From assembly GCA_050575255.1 (NCBI GenBank), contig JBNZDD010013718.1, positions 2,472,113 to 2,536,112 on the forward strand: a stretch of 64,000 nt of DNA, in the 5' to 3' direction. The notes below the pieces were generated by a model that saw only the letters and a program-made list of their open reading frames with translations, did not search any database and had not been told where the DNA came from. A program made the position numbers and the translations under genes. This document shows, piece after piece, positions 29,184 through 42,654 of this stretch. Source of the stretch: Harriotta raleighana. Its lineage: Eukaryota. Within the stretch, counting starts at the first letter, position 1. Each line of letters starts with the position of its first letter.

Positions 29184-29964
29184 CTAAAGGATAAAGCTGT
29201 TTTAGTACCGAAACACACACTATATATATGTAATGTACTGGGTAAACAACTTTGAATTGGTGTTTAAGGGAGGAACGTTCTTAATCTCGCCCATCTTCTG
29301 TTGCAGATATGTGAAAATGTATTTACTCCGTAAAAAGATAGTGTTTATCTCTACAGAGAAGTCTGAACTGCTGCAATGCACAAAGTATTACCCAGACGAT
29401 TGTTAGCAAAAATTGGAAGGTAAAGTGAGCTCCATTCTTCTGCGTATACCTATTGGTTCATTAACCACAGAAATTGGCATTGAAATGGACATGTATTGCT
29501 AAGAAAATTACTTGAACTTCCTGTTAAAGATCTCAGGCATAGATTCACATTTTAAACAACTCTTCTTCAATCGCATAACAGAATGATTCAAATCCAGATT
29601 CTTTTCACGCATTTCATTTCTCGTCTATTGCCTTGGAAATCTTTTCCATCCAATGTCAAATGTAAAAATAACATCTGTCCATCTGGAGTGTTCAACACTG
29701 AACCCTTATTCACAAGTTGTGCATTAATGAAATCATTTCATCTACTCACAGGATTATCACAACATTACTATCTCTTTCTCTGTATTTCAAACAGTACATT
29801 GTACCTTCAATATTCACACTGGGAAATATTGGTTGCTTTATTCTACAGAATCTTTTACCACAATTCATATGACCTTCTAGAGCCTAAACCTGCACTTTAA
29901 TTGTTTGCGGGTGCGTACAGCAGATGATACAGTCCAGTATGTTGGAAAATATGTGTGAGCTTGG

Positions 29965-30390
29965 CGTAATAATGGCACACTCGCCTCGGAGTCAGAAGAT
30001 TGTGGGTTCGAGGTCCACATCAGGACTTGGAATCACATTATCTAAAATGACACACCAATGCAGTGCTGGGGAGAGGGATGCATTGTCGGAGATACCATCC
30101 TTTGGATGAGACATTAAACTGAGACTTTAAATATCTGCCTGTTCAGCTGGATGTTGAACATCCCATGGCACTGTTAAAACAAAGGGAGTTTCTCCCAGTA
30201 TTCTAGCCAACAATCCCCCAAATACAATTGGTCACTCACTCCATGGTTGTTTGTGAGACAACGCTGGCTACTGCATTTCATTCACAAAATACAGTCAAAT
30301 CTGTTTCACGTATTTCCTGTGAAGCAATTTGAGATGTCTCAATGACATGACAAGGAACTGTACCAAATGCATTGATTACTATAATAATAA
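29965..30390 (+). mobile_element. Deu-domain SINE (SacSINE1/AmnSINE-like), old copy
   Basis: tRNA head CTCGCCTCGGAGTCAGAAGATTGTGGGTTCGAG; Deu-like core TTTGGATGAGACATTAAAC...CCCATGGCACTG...GGGAGTTTCTCCC; 3' tail similar to family A. Confidence 0.7.
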
Positions 30391-31837
30391 CTAACATTAC
30401 TAAAGAATATTAATAAAGAATATTATTAATAACAATAACTAACAATAATAACTAACATTAATAACTAACATCATTTGGAGAGTTTAAAAGCACAATAAGG
30501 ATATTTAATTTATTTGGGAATTTTGTGCAAATGTTGAGATATACAGCAGCACATACTGTAGCAAATAATCTCTGGGCTTCCGCCACATCTGGGGACATTT
30601 CAGAAACAGTATTTTAATGTTTGCCTTTATAGCTCTTTAATATCAACAGCTTTACAACGTTATGAAAATAATACTAATTGATGGATCTTTGCATCTAGAC
30701 AGAGGGCTTCTCCTGCACCAGCCAATGTAATTAGAAACACGAAGATTGGGAAGATATAAGTAAGCTTCTCAATCCTCATCTCTTTACCACTGTAAATGAT
30801 CTTGGTTCCCAGTGTGTATTGCAGACACTGTCAACTCTTCAACAGTAACTTTCCAGATGTGTTGCTTGCGAAACGTTACTATCACAAAGCATTCATCACT
30901 TCTGAGTTAACCAAAATAAAGTTAGTGTAATGTCGATTAGTTCACAAAGCCTCCTTGGAGTGAGTCTAAAAATAGACTGAGCACGCTTGTGCAACTGCTT
31001 AAACTATGCAAATCTGCTCACAATATTCAGTGCTTGGCTTTAGTCAAGGTACATTTAATCCTTGGTTCTAAACAATGTGAAAATACACAGTCACTACACT
31101 TTACAGTATATCCTGTGAAAAGCTTCGAGACATCCTCCCAAGCTAAGAAAGTGCTGTTATTAAATACAAGGACATAGTAATATATTTGATATATATTCAC
31201 ACCTCCACAGAACTTCCTGCAAAGGATGGTAACTTATTACTGTTATTATTTATTTAAGGCAAAGAACACTTTTTAATGGAAAGAGCTGAACACCAGTTTG
31301 TTTTTACCATTTCATCTTTTCAGCTAAAACATAGGATTAAAGTGGAGGCTTTCTATTTAGCCCACAGCTGTGATTAACGGTTTTCAAATTAAAGTTCACA
31401 TCTCTTAATTGCCCAAAACTGCTGGGAGGCTAGAGAGGCTAACTTCTGCTGTCTGAAGCACAAGGTAAATGAAAACCATGAAATGCTACTGTACAAGATT
31501 GAAGTGGGTTTAAATTGGGGAATTATATTAATGCCACTGGTTTCACTAATGATTAAACAATATATTTAATAGCTGCTATCCAGCTGGTTTGTGCACAGGA
31601 CATTTGAGGCCTGCCCTTATCCACAGAGAGTGTTTTATAACTTTATAATAACATAGGATGTCTCATGCGCGCATAACAGTAAGGCTGATGTCAGTGAGTA
31701 ATCCATTATTCCATAAGGTTTCTCAAGTAACTATTAGATTCCCTAGCAAAAATTCTCAAGCTCCAAGTTTACTGTTTATGCTGAGGGATCAAACTATTAC
31801 ACACTGCATCCATGAGTCTCTGAATTGCATGAATAAC

Positions 31838-32290
31838 AATAATAATAATAATTCTTGCATTTGATGTAGGGCTTTTCACATCTTATCAACGTCTCAAAGC
31901 GCTTCACAGAATATACTGTAAAGTGAATTGATTGTATATTTGTGGGTGAAACGCGGCAGCCAATTGTGTATTGTTGAACAAATGGGATGAAGTAAATGTT
32001 CAATTTCATTTGGGGATTTCTGGCCTGGGTACCAGAAAAAACTGACTTCTCTTCAAACAGTGTCACAGGATTTTTCATGTCTGAATAGGCAACCAGGTCT
32101 TCGATTTAATGTCCCATCCATAGGACTGCTCCTCTGACGCCCCCCAACGCCCTTGACACACGTACACGCACGCTCACGCACACACCCCTCCTCCCTCACA
32201 TTGCTTTGGAGAACCAACCTTGACAATGAGCTCAAAGTCATCCACAACCTTCTTACTTAGATGAAAGGGTGCTACCAAGGGAGACAGGTT
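31838..32290 (-). mobile_element. Family A 3' tail joined to a degenerate Deu-type SINE body
   Basis: 31838-31968 is the reverse family A tail; 32030-32125 is the reverse Deu core (CTTCTCTTCAAACAGTGTCACAGGAT...TTTAATGTCCCATCC). Confidence 0.6.
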
Positions 32291-33721
32291 GATCAAGATA
32301 CCGTAGCTTGCAAAATATCATTACAGATAGTGCAAGCCAGCAATAAATGTTTATAATAAGCCTTCGGGTATGTGACTGAGGGTCGACAAATTCAGAAGGC
32401 AAGTCAAGTCCCAGAGTTGCTGAAAGTTGCTGAAAGCATTGTAAATATTGTCTTTCCTCTATTGCTTCAAATCATGTCCTCTTTCAAATTAGTTTATGAT
32501 CCAGATATAGTGGCGAACAACTCAGTTTATACACTACATGTTGCATTTGGAGAAGCAGCTTATGCTCCATTGTTTTGCCTCCGGTTAAGCTTGCAACCAC
32601 ATTACACCAATCCATTGCGATTCAACTGATGTTTATCCACGAATATGCTGCAGTCATTTGTTGCTTACCTTGTTACTCCGCACAGCAAATACAGCAACCG
32701 AAACAACGCGGCACACTCAGCAATGCGTTTATTTATCTGAACCAGTCTACTGGTTCATTTTACGATTTGAGTACAACTGCAACACTTGCAATCCCCTTAA
32801 ATCTATCTTAATGGAATAAGTTGAATATCGGTCCGATAACACATCACAAATAGAACTTTGTTCTCCAGCTTCACAAAAGATCGTCTGTTACACGTAATAT
32901 TGTTCAGTATCTAAGTAGCCCATTCATTAGAGTGTTTTATTTCCATTGCACAAGAGAAACCATTCATAAGAAGTCACTGTGTTTTTTTTTCTGTATTGGA
33001 AAAGCAATCACATAAACATGTGTATAAAATGACTGAAATATGATACTCGTTTGCATAATGTCATTTTTAACGATATAACAATGCTATTAAAACTCATTAA
33101 AATACTATTGTATGTTTTATCCCCTTACCTCAGCCTCTGCATCGCCCTACAGTATATTTTGCTTGTGACCCTCTAATTAATTACTCCTCTACTTAACCAA
33201 CTCATTTTACAGGTAAGTTATGTTACTCATTAAGTAGGGCTAATTTATTCCAATTCTCTACCATCGCCTTTTAAGTTCTCCCTGCACCGATGATACATTA
33301 TTATTCATAAATACGCCAAAGTATTTTTGCTCCTCCCTCAAAGCACAAGACATGGTTCCAGATTCTCCATCCCTGTATACATATTCATATTCTCTATTTG
33401 GTTTAATTTCTGCTTGATTTAGTGCAAGAGTTATCCACAATAGAAGTTGCAAACTGATAAACGTATGGTAAGCGAGTTACGTTCTCAGTCATTCATCAAA
33501 CGTTAAACGTAGCTTTCAAATCAGCTACACTCTAGCCAGATAATGTCTTAGCTGAAAATGTTATGGATTATTATTTATTATAGTATTATATTCTAATGAT
33601 CTGGAACCATACCACTCAGTGGGATTGACATCCCAAATAATTCTTCCCCATATTACGTATCTAATGCATATTCTGCAGATCACAGAAAGTATCATCGAAA
33701 TAACATTACAAATCAAAATAC

Positions 33722-33975
33722 CTGTTTGATTTCTTTAAACTCCCTGTGATGGACATTGCGTCTTTTGATTCATCATGAATTTCACTTTCTTCAGCACGGT
33801 CTAGGTCTCTGGTATTGTCAAGTAGCACATCGGTCTCTATGGGCTGTTGCTTCATTTTACACTTTGCTATACCTCTCTGCCTCTCATCTGGGTCGCTGTT
33901 CATCCAAAAAGCTTTATATTTTCTTTTCGCCTTTTTCTTTTCTACGTTAGTCGGAGTTTCGAGATTATGGCTCAT
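33722..33975 (-). CDS. Candidate alternative N-terminal coding exon of UNC13C (MSHNLETPTNVEKKKAKRKYKAFW...SLKKSNR)
   Basis: 84 open codons plus 2 nt from aaaATG; donor AG|gtattt in phase 2 matches the phase-2 acceptor at 29183; upstream acceptor-like site at 34073. No homology confirmation. Confidence 0.4.
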
Positions 33976-34529
33976 TTTTGAGAGGTGGAAGGGAGTGAGA
34001 GTTTTCAGCTTCAAGGTGGAAGGGGTGCAGTTGCTCTTAGTGCCTCAACAAAATGAACCTTTTTATGGGAGGCCTGCGAGCGAAAACTAAACACAACAAT
34101 TCCGGTGTTCAAACTTAGCTACACCCTTTCTATTACTCACCAAACAAAACGAAGCATAGGTCATTACAACCAAATGTTTTACATGAATTCAGAGCCCGTC
34201 ATGTTTATCATGTGACAAATTAATTTAATTACTCCATTTTTTTTAAAAAAGGAACGCACCTCATGAGTCATCAGATGTATAACTAAATATTTGCTTTGAA
34301 AATGCAAACAAGCTAAATAAGTTTGATGAAATAGCCACGATAATAATTAACTCAACAGTTCCTTGAATGGCAGAATTTTTCGTTATTTTTTTAACTTAAC
34401 ATCGACGTCCCAAATCATTGTTACTTACATTTAGCATTGTGCTAAAATGTTAAACATTGGGGACACCTGAGTGCGCTTTGGGTGTGTTGACTAAGCACTT
34501 TATAGAAAATATTATCGAGTGGAGTGACT

Positions 34530-34800
34530 GTGTATTTGTAGACGAATGCACACAGATTGTCCCACAAATAGCCGGGACATGAATGACCAATTTTATTTAG
34601 TTCTTTGGCTAGACCATCAGGAGAAACTCCCATCTCTTTTTGAATAATCCAATGGGATTGTTAACATTGAATCTAAACATGCAGACAGAGCCTTGGTTAA
34701 CAAATCCTGCAAAGGATGGCATCTCCAACAATACAGCACTCTACCAGCATTGATCTGTATTGGAAGATCAGCCTAGGCTATACGAGTTTCAAGTCTTGAT
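34530..34800 (-). mobile_element. Degenerate Deu-type SINE
   Basis: Reverse matches to the 29965 copy (GGAGAAACTCCC...GGGATTG...AAAGGATGGCATCTCCAACAATACAGCACT). Confidence 0.55.
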
Positions 34801-35144
34801 ATGTAGCATAGTTCAACTGTGCTACAATCTGAACCAAAGTAACTCCAGACATTATGTTTCCACTTAATTACACAGCAGACAGTATCAAATATTTACCCTA
34901 AATGGCAGGTGGATTACATTAATTAATTAATTAATTACTGCACAGTGAACCAAACAACTTTATGGAATGGAAATCCAACAGGAGGAAACATGCCACACAG
35001 CAAATATTTTGAAAGTAGTAAAAATGTGTCTAGCGTTCCAGAGAATTTTAGATGCCAAGAATCACAAGTCCATTGCGAGCACGATTTTTTACTGCGTTTA
35101 TCTAGATAGAATGCGTCAAAGATTATTTGACCCAAAGAATTGCA

Positions 35145-35365
35145 TCGCAGCTAAGCCTGATCCTGTTCTCACCTGATGTCCACATGTGGACTTTCCAAAA
35201 GGATCACTGGATAGTCATCGAGTGTGGGAGCTGGAAACCTTGACGGCTTTCTTCTTTCTTTACACCTAAAGGCGACTGCTGCATCCCAACTCCTACCCCA
35301 GTTTATATCAGCCAACTCACCAAACCAGGGATTAAAACCATGGCCTTCTGGTCTATATGGCTCAT
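35145..35365 (-). mobile_element. Ancient SINE-like repeat (family C), degenerate
   Basis: Reverse-complement similarity to 38495-38650 and 49570-49772 (GAGAACAGGATCAGGCTTAGCTG motif). Confidence 0.5.
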
Positions 35366-36349
35366 CAATTTATAACGGAGGCGGCAACTTCAATCACTAA
35401 TCTAGTGGAGGTGTTCACCAGAAGATCTTTATTATTCCTATTTGAATCCCGTTGCTTTTAAAGAAGAGAATACTGCCGAGTCACACGTCTATTGCACGAG
35501 AGATGGCAAAAGCTTTAATATGTTTTTGATTAACAGGCAAAGAACATATACATGAGTTTTAAGTAAGATGGAATGGCTACAAGGGATGAAAATTACTCCC
35601 TAGTAACATTAGCGCATGGAAACAAGATATCAGAAGATAAAATGGCTGGTGATAACCTATAATAAATGCAAAAGAGGACATAGCTACAGGATGTTCATAA
35701 TAAAACAAATTACTTCAACGTAATAAACTGTCTAAAGGGGGATAATACAGACCTGCTTTGGATTAACTAATCCTTCATCAGAAATCATGTGTTAGAAAAG
35801 TATTATGTGCATACTGTTGTAGGGGCCATAAAAGCAGAGGATACTTGTTAATTTTGCACGGTACAAATTACTCGCTAGCTTGTATCTCAGGGCAGTTGAT
35901 TTCTAGATTTACCTTTATTGTAAATGCTGTAAATACATGGTTATGGTTATTTATGCCAACTCAGGAAGATAGTCCAACTGAGGCAAGATTTACTCTGTTC
36001 AAAAAATGAAGGGAGTTTCCCCCGGTGTCCTGACCAACAATCTCTCAGATAAAATTAGTTAATCGGTTACTCACTTTGTGAGACATTGCTGCGTGCAAAT
36101 TGACCACTCCTTTCACTGTAACTTTTACTTTAAAAATTATTATAAAATTATAATATTATTTATTCTGTTTTTATACCAATCTAGATAATACTTTGCCCAC
36201 AAAATATATAGCCATTGCACTTTACAGTATATTCTGTGAAGTGCTTATCAAAGACATGATAAGGCACTATATCAAATGCAGGGATTATTATTATCTAAAG
36301 ACTGTTTCCAACATAGATTAGGTGCATTTCAAAGTCCTGTAGGATGGGT

Positions 36350-36402
36350 TATATATGTATATATATATATACATACATATATACATATATATATATAATA
36401 TA
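36350..36402. repeat. (TA)n / TACA microsatellite
   Basis: ATATATGTATATATATATATACATACATATATACATATATATATA. Confidence 0.9.
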
Positions 36403-36544
36403 CATTCTGAGTGAGTTATGATCATATTCTAGTTATATCAATCATTACAATTAACTGCATATTAGGCAAAGGTAATTAGGAAGAAGTAGTAAAACAGACT
36501 ATGGTGTATTTGATTCAAATACCAGGCTACATCACGTGTGGACA

Positions 36545-36693
36545 AAACGCAAAATACTGCAGATGCTGGAAGTCTAAAACAAAAACAGAAGTTATACTGG
36601 GAACAGCAGGTCGGGTAGTATCTATGGAGGAAGGAATGTCAGTCAATGTTTCAGGGCCACAACCCAGCAAAGGGTCATGGACCTGAAACGTTG
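36545..36693. mobile_element. Penelope-like terminal repeat with inverted junction
   Basis: GCAAAATACTGCAGATGCTGG...AATGTTTCAGGG followed by AGGGTCATGGACCTGAAACGTT. Confidence 0.6.
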
Positions 36694-38494
36694 TACGAAA
36701 TGTGTGATGTTAGTTTAGGATATTTTAGATTTAAAACAATACATTACTGGGGAGGTTGTTGGTATAATTTCGGCCTCGGACTCTGCCATTTTGAATTGCC
36801 CGGCATGGAGGGCGCTATATAAATGCAAGTTGTTGTGAAATATAAAGCAAATAGAGATATACGTTTTAAACCAAAACCTAAGGACATGTACAGAGCTCCA
36901 ATAAAAAGCACTGAACACCTGCTAATGTTGTCAAATAAAATTACAGTCTTTGGAATCGTTAAGTTTGGATCAGTTGTTATATTCGAGTCAATTCGATTCC
37001 GAAACCACTATCACTCTACCAGAGGTGGTTTTAACAACGACACACAGAATCACTCACTATAAATGGGAGTCACGTGACACTTCCAGAATTTTTCGATTTG
37101 GATACCTCATCGAATCATGCCAAGAGTGCAGCAATAACTAGGACTTAAAAGCAATAACACCAAATATAACTGCAGTTAAACAATTTTTTTTTAATATAAC
37201 TTATTACACAATATTGTGTACCTAAAGGAAAANGCAGCAATAACTAGGACTTAAAAGCAATAACACCAAATATAACTGCAGTTGAACAATTTTTAAAATA
37301 TAACTTATTACACAATATTGTGTACCTAAAGGAAAAGTATTTCTGCTTTGATTAATCTCATTATCTCTAAAAAGTACCCCTTAGATAATAGGCTTTCACT
37401 CAATATTAAGCTAATTTACAGTTAAGCACTGAGGGAGCCTACAGGTGATATGAAAATGTTTTGACTGCAACATTTACTGTGTAGACCTGCTTCACAGCAC
37501 GTTTGAAATGTTTCTACACCACAAGTAGACAACACTGGATTGCTCTAGGACACTATCACCCCCCTGTTAAAGGACGTAATATAAATGCAAGTTGTTTCTG
37601 TTGCAGTCAAAAGCAATCAGAGTTTCAAGCATATCACTCAGTGATCCGCTCAAACCACTGACTATTTATCCTGGGAGAGAATGAAATCACCATGAGCATC
37701 ACTCGCATTATGAATTCCTGCAGCCTTTCCCAATTGCCCAAACGGCGTTCTGTTAACTGGTTCAGTTTGAGTTTAATTGGCTTACACTCATCACACATAA
37801 ATAACATGACTGCACATGTGTGTGTGTTGTGTGTGTATGTGAGTGGGGGGGTCAAAAGCCTGGATACATTGTGAAGATATTTCCGCATGCTTTTAGGGCA
37901 CTATTTTTTTTGACGGGGGGTATTACACAAAAATCTTCCCACCCAACCCTCCTCCTCTTCTCCTGCAAGTAATTAGCTCCTTTCCCCTTCCACCGAGGAA
38001 CGGTTTAACCAGAAATGCTCACTCTCCCAGCAGCTTGTGCAAATGGATGTTACTCTTGTATGCAAATGCCTTAATCGTGAGTGCAGTGAGTGCTGGCAGG
38101 TTATTCACTCACGAGGTTGGGGCAAAGAAATTGCAGCCATATCTTATACTCTTCTCATCGAACATCCACACATACACACACACATAAGTAGGATTCTCTA
38201 GATAGAGATAAGTAAATGGTTGTCTTTTCCTCACCTAAGCNAAAGAAATTGCAGCCATATCTTATACTCTTCTCATCGAACATCCACACATACACACACA
38301 CATAAGTAGGATTCTCTAGATAGAGATAAGTAAATGGCAAAGGGCAAAGACATCAACCTTAGATCCCTGGATGAATCAAATTAACTCAATAAAACCTCGA
38401 TTTAAACCTGCTTGGTGTGTCCTATACTATTTGCTGACTCCAATAAAGTGTATGTGGTGAAGGCTGGGAGATGGTGGTGGTGGTGGGAGGGTAA

Positions 38495-38650
38495 AAACTG
38501 CCAGGTTTCTAACAAACAATGCTAGGTATGTTTGTGTGTGTGTGGAGGACAGGATCAGATCAGGCTCAACTGTGGTGACCTCCTGACTGAATAGCCTGTA
38601 GCCCTTTACCATCAAAGCTCATGCATGAGTAATTGCCACTCGAGCAAGTA
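38495..38650 (+). mobile_element. Ancient SINE-like repeat (family C) fragment
   Basis: GTGGAGGACAGGATCAGATCAGGCTCAACTGTGGTGACC...GAATAGCCTG; related to the 35145 copy. Confidence 0.5.
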
Positions 38651-40561
38651 AGGGTAATTGAGAGATGTTGAAAGGAAATAAAAAGAGTCAAAGAAATGTG
38701 GACAAAGAAATGTGATTTTTTTTTAGTGGGGAGTGGGGTGGGGTGTGGTGGTAAGTTGTGAAGGGTCCAATTTTTAATAATGTCACAAGTGAATGTTTGC
38801 ATATTTTCTTCCAATTTTTAATGGATTTATCTCCAGCTCAGCAGTAAAATGAGAAACATTGCTGTACTGCTTGATCCCCTCTAGTCATATGAGCAATAAA
38901 AATAAAATGAAGTACTGTAACTATTAAATTTCATCCAGTTGTTTCATACAGATTAAAAGTCTATTTTTTTTACTATTAACCTTGTCATAATGGACAAATA
39001 TTGTCCAATATATGATTTAGATCATCAAACTGAAGTCACGTTACCAACTCCTTCAAAGTTATCATACCTGTAGTTATATCTGACACATGTGATAAAGAGA
39101 TCTGATTTCCTTAATAGTAATTGGTACACTTAAAATATTCATTGTTAATTTTATAATATTGCAGTTCGTATTACAGCTTTCCCTATTGCAAAAAAAAACC
39201 CAGTCCCTTAACCATCAGATAAAGTTCAGCCAAACTTTCCAATTCGGATTTCATCACGTACAAATTCAACACCATACAAAGAATGGTGACCCACTTGTGA
39301 TTGAGGAACTCTAAATCCAAGCAGACGAGTGACATGCAGCAACAACACACTTTTGGCTCGTTCATGGCTTTGGGATCATGAAAATACTCAAACAACATTA
39401 TTTATAAGCTCTTTCGTGTTCCATTTTCATTTAATGTTCTCAAAGAGCCCTTTGGAACATCAGAAAGCTTTTGGTGGAGAGTGGGGAGTGAGTGTACACG
39501 AAGAATGAACACTGATAAAACAACCTTTTCTATTTCCGTGAGTTAGTACCATAGCTTAAAATCCATTGTATAGCCATTTGTGTTCAAAAAGATGAACACA
39601 AATATGTAATGGGCACTCTGTTTAACAATGGGAATTCAGTCAGTGGGCAGGCTTTGCAGAACAAAAAACATAGTTTAAAGGTCTGAACAACAAAAAAGAA
39701 AAGATAAGATAAACACCAATATTATCCGTCAGAAATTGAAATGTTAATAAAAATCAAAACCAGGCATCCCTAGTCACCTGTAGTAATATTGTAATAATAA
39801 TGCTAATGACCCTTACATCTTATCATGTCACAAACTGCTTCACAGAATATACTGTAAAGTGAATTGACCGTATTTTTAATCGGCGAAACAAGTAGTTAGA
39901 AAGCTCCTAAGGCAGACCCAGTTGCTTAGAAGAAGTTTATCTACAATGAAGCACAGTGACATTATTGATGGCAGAAGTGAAAATTAGTTTGCTTTAGGGA
40001 GAAACATTACTGCTCTTGAGTAAAATTTGTGAAATATCTTGTCTAAATGTTGACTCACCCTCCTGTAGGCTTGAAGCCGGAAAGTAGGGCAACATCCAAC
40101 ACATTTCCACTTCCTTGATGAGCCTTTAATAAAAGATAAATAAATAGAAAAGGTCACATTATGAAGTGCTTAAATAATGGAAAAACCTATGTCCTCACAT
40201 TGCACATTTTATCGCACTTACACTACATGTGAAATATTTTATGTGTGATTGTGCTTGCAAAGGTTAATTTTCAACAATAAATATCCTGTTCACATATAAT
40301 GCATTGTGTACTGAATGCAGAACAAGTAATGGCAATTTCATGTAGTTCTGAGGGTGAGATCCATGCGAGACAAGTGGGACATGAAATGGGTACATTCAAT
40401 ACAAAATACCACATTCAAAAATGCAACAAAATTCACATGATTCTTTATGAAAGGTGAAACAGCAATTTAGAACCTGTTTATCCAAAGAACTGTTATCTGT
40501 AAAAGAACCAGGGAGAGGAGGACATAATACGTTAGATAACCAATTTTCTAAAGTAAGGTAC

Positions 40562-40641
40562 TTTGCCTGTCCATTCATACAATAAATATCAGAAGTAGGA
40601 TGAAGAAATACTTCATTTACAGCGGTTATGATGCTCAAGGT
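40562..40641 (-). CDS. Candidate small linker exon of UNC13C (TLSIITAVNEVFLHPTSDIYCMNGQAK if phase 0 to 2)
   Basis: Strong acceptor (ttctaagttttctttcattttgtttctgttccatag|); the donor AA|gtacct is weak and the frame is uncertain. Confidence 0.3.
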
Positions 40642-41176
40642 CTATGGAACAGAAACAAAATGAAAGAAAACTTAGAAACTAATATATATTAAAAAAAATT
40701 AATCTCCACAAATTGTCCATTTTAGTCTTGGTGCAAAAAAAAACCTAGACGTCAAGAAATCCTTAAAGGAAACTTAAAACAATTTCATGGTCAGTCAGTT
40801 ACTAACATGTTGAAACTGTTTAAGGTTGAAGGCCTCAGACAATGATTTAAATACTCAGTCTCATTAATGCCACTACTAAATCATTGAAATTTCTTTCCGT
40901 TTGGAAAATGCACACTGCGAAGTAATGTTCAATCTAAGAATTCAAGATTTTAACTGCTTTGGTGAATGGATTCCAACCACTCAATATAATCTATTCTCAT
41001 GACAATTGGCACCTTGATGCTTCATCTTAGTTTGAAACTAAATCAGTTGTTGAACTCCACCCGCTTTCTTTTTACTCCACAACTTATCCGCACTCACGTA
41101 GTATGCTACTTGGATTCATCTTACAGTTTATATGGATATCTGCGAGATCTGATGTCTTTACATCTGAGAGTGAATC

Positions 41177-41545
41177 AATAATAATAATCCTTGTGATTGA
41201 TATAAAGCCTTATCACATCTTAGAGATGTCTCAAAGCACTTCACTGAATATACTGTAAAGTGAATTGATTGTATATTGTGTGGGTGAAACGTAGGGGCTA
41301 ATTGCACACAGCAGTATCCCAGAAACAGTCGTGGATTGAGTGACCAAATTACAATTATTATTATTTCAAAAATTGAAGGAATTATTATCCCCGGAAAAGT
41401 GATTCACCAATCGATTACCAACCAGGTTCCGACTTACTGCTAGCTAAACAGAGGTGTGCAGCGTAAGGAAACTTGCCCAAAGTTTCACCCTGACGGGAAT
41501 CAAACCCAGGTCGCTGGCTTGCGAGGCGAGTAACAAATTGAATAC
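41177..41545 (-). mobile_element. SINE family A with a small internal insertion
   Basis: Reverse tail, body and tRNA head. Confidence 0.8.
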
Positions 41546-42654
41546 TCCATCAAGGAAAGACATTGCGAATAGGGGAGCACCACCTGCCCTTCTCCCCCAA
41601 ACTAAGCCTGGGAAGGTCTGCAACCCACAAAGATGCTGCCCATTCCTTCCTCTAGACAATCCAGTCAAAAGCTCATTTGTTTTTTTTACAGTTCAAGTCC
41701 TATATTGGAGCTACTTTAGCTATTGCCTTCAGTCGCTTCAAACAGTAAAACACCTCCCATCAGTTAAGAAAAAGCTAACTTATTCCCTTAGCCATTAAAT
41801 TATTTTAATACGTGCACAAAGTTTGACAAATACATGAATTTATGGCGTTACTCACAGTTATCCCTCATTATTGCTTCATTACAAATCAAAGTTTTACATA
41901 TTTGCAATGCTAGTTTCCTTAGAAAAAGGTAGATTATAACACTTGTCACATATTTAACGACTGCAGGTCTGAAATTAGGATTTTCCTTAATTCTACTGCT
42001 GCATATGAAAAATGCAGAATCACTCTTGAGGTTTTATGATTACTCAGAGGGTGAAAATCTTCACAAGGCACATTTTATTCCTGACAATTGCTCTGCTGAG
42101 ATAGAAATCTCCTTTTTTAAAAAACAAATCCAGCCCTGTGCAACTTTATGCTACATTTATATCACACGCCTGGCAGCAAAGCATCAGTTTAAATCACAAG
42201 GTTTATTCAGTCAGTGCAAATCAGGAGATGGCCCCACTCTTGTTCACACTTCAATGATTCAAACTGGTGTGAGTCCCACAAGGTAAGGTCAGATCTCTCT
42301 ATTTGAATAATTTGACCTTCGGATGTTTACTACTGAGAAGGCCCATGAATGACCCACAGGTCACACATGTTTTACAGTCACTGGAGAGACAATCGCACAT
42401 GCTTCTCTTCAGTAACGTTAAACCATCCAAAACCAGGGTTTCAAACTTGACCACTCCCAATACCATGTCATGTAGCACAGAAGTGCAGCTGTGTGAATAC
42501 TGCATAACAGAATCCAATGGGTAAACATAAAATCAGGAGTCAGAGAAGGAAATAGAAGGGGTATGGGGGATGGGGGGGGGGATGGACTTGGGAAAGAATA
42601 TTAGAATGGGTGTAGGCACCTCTGGTGTGTAAATAATAATATAATATAGTAATA

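Noticed and set aside
37128-37337. Tandem duplication of ~105 bp
   Set aside because: Copies abut a single N at 37233; assembly or haplotype overlap artefact.
38123-38338. Tandem duplication of ~97 bp
   Set aside because: Identical copies on either side of a single N at 38241; assembly artefact.
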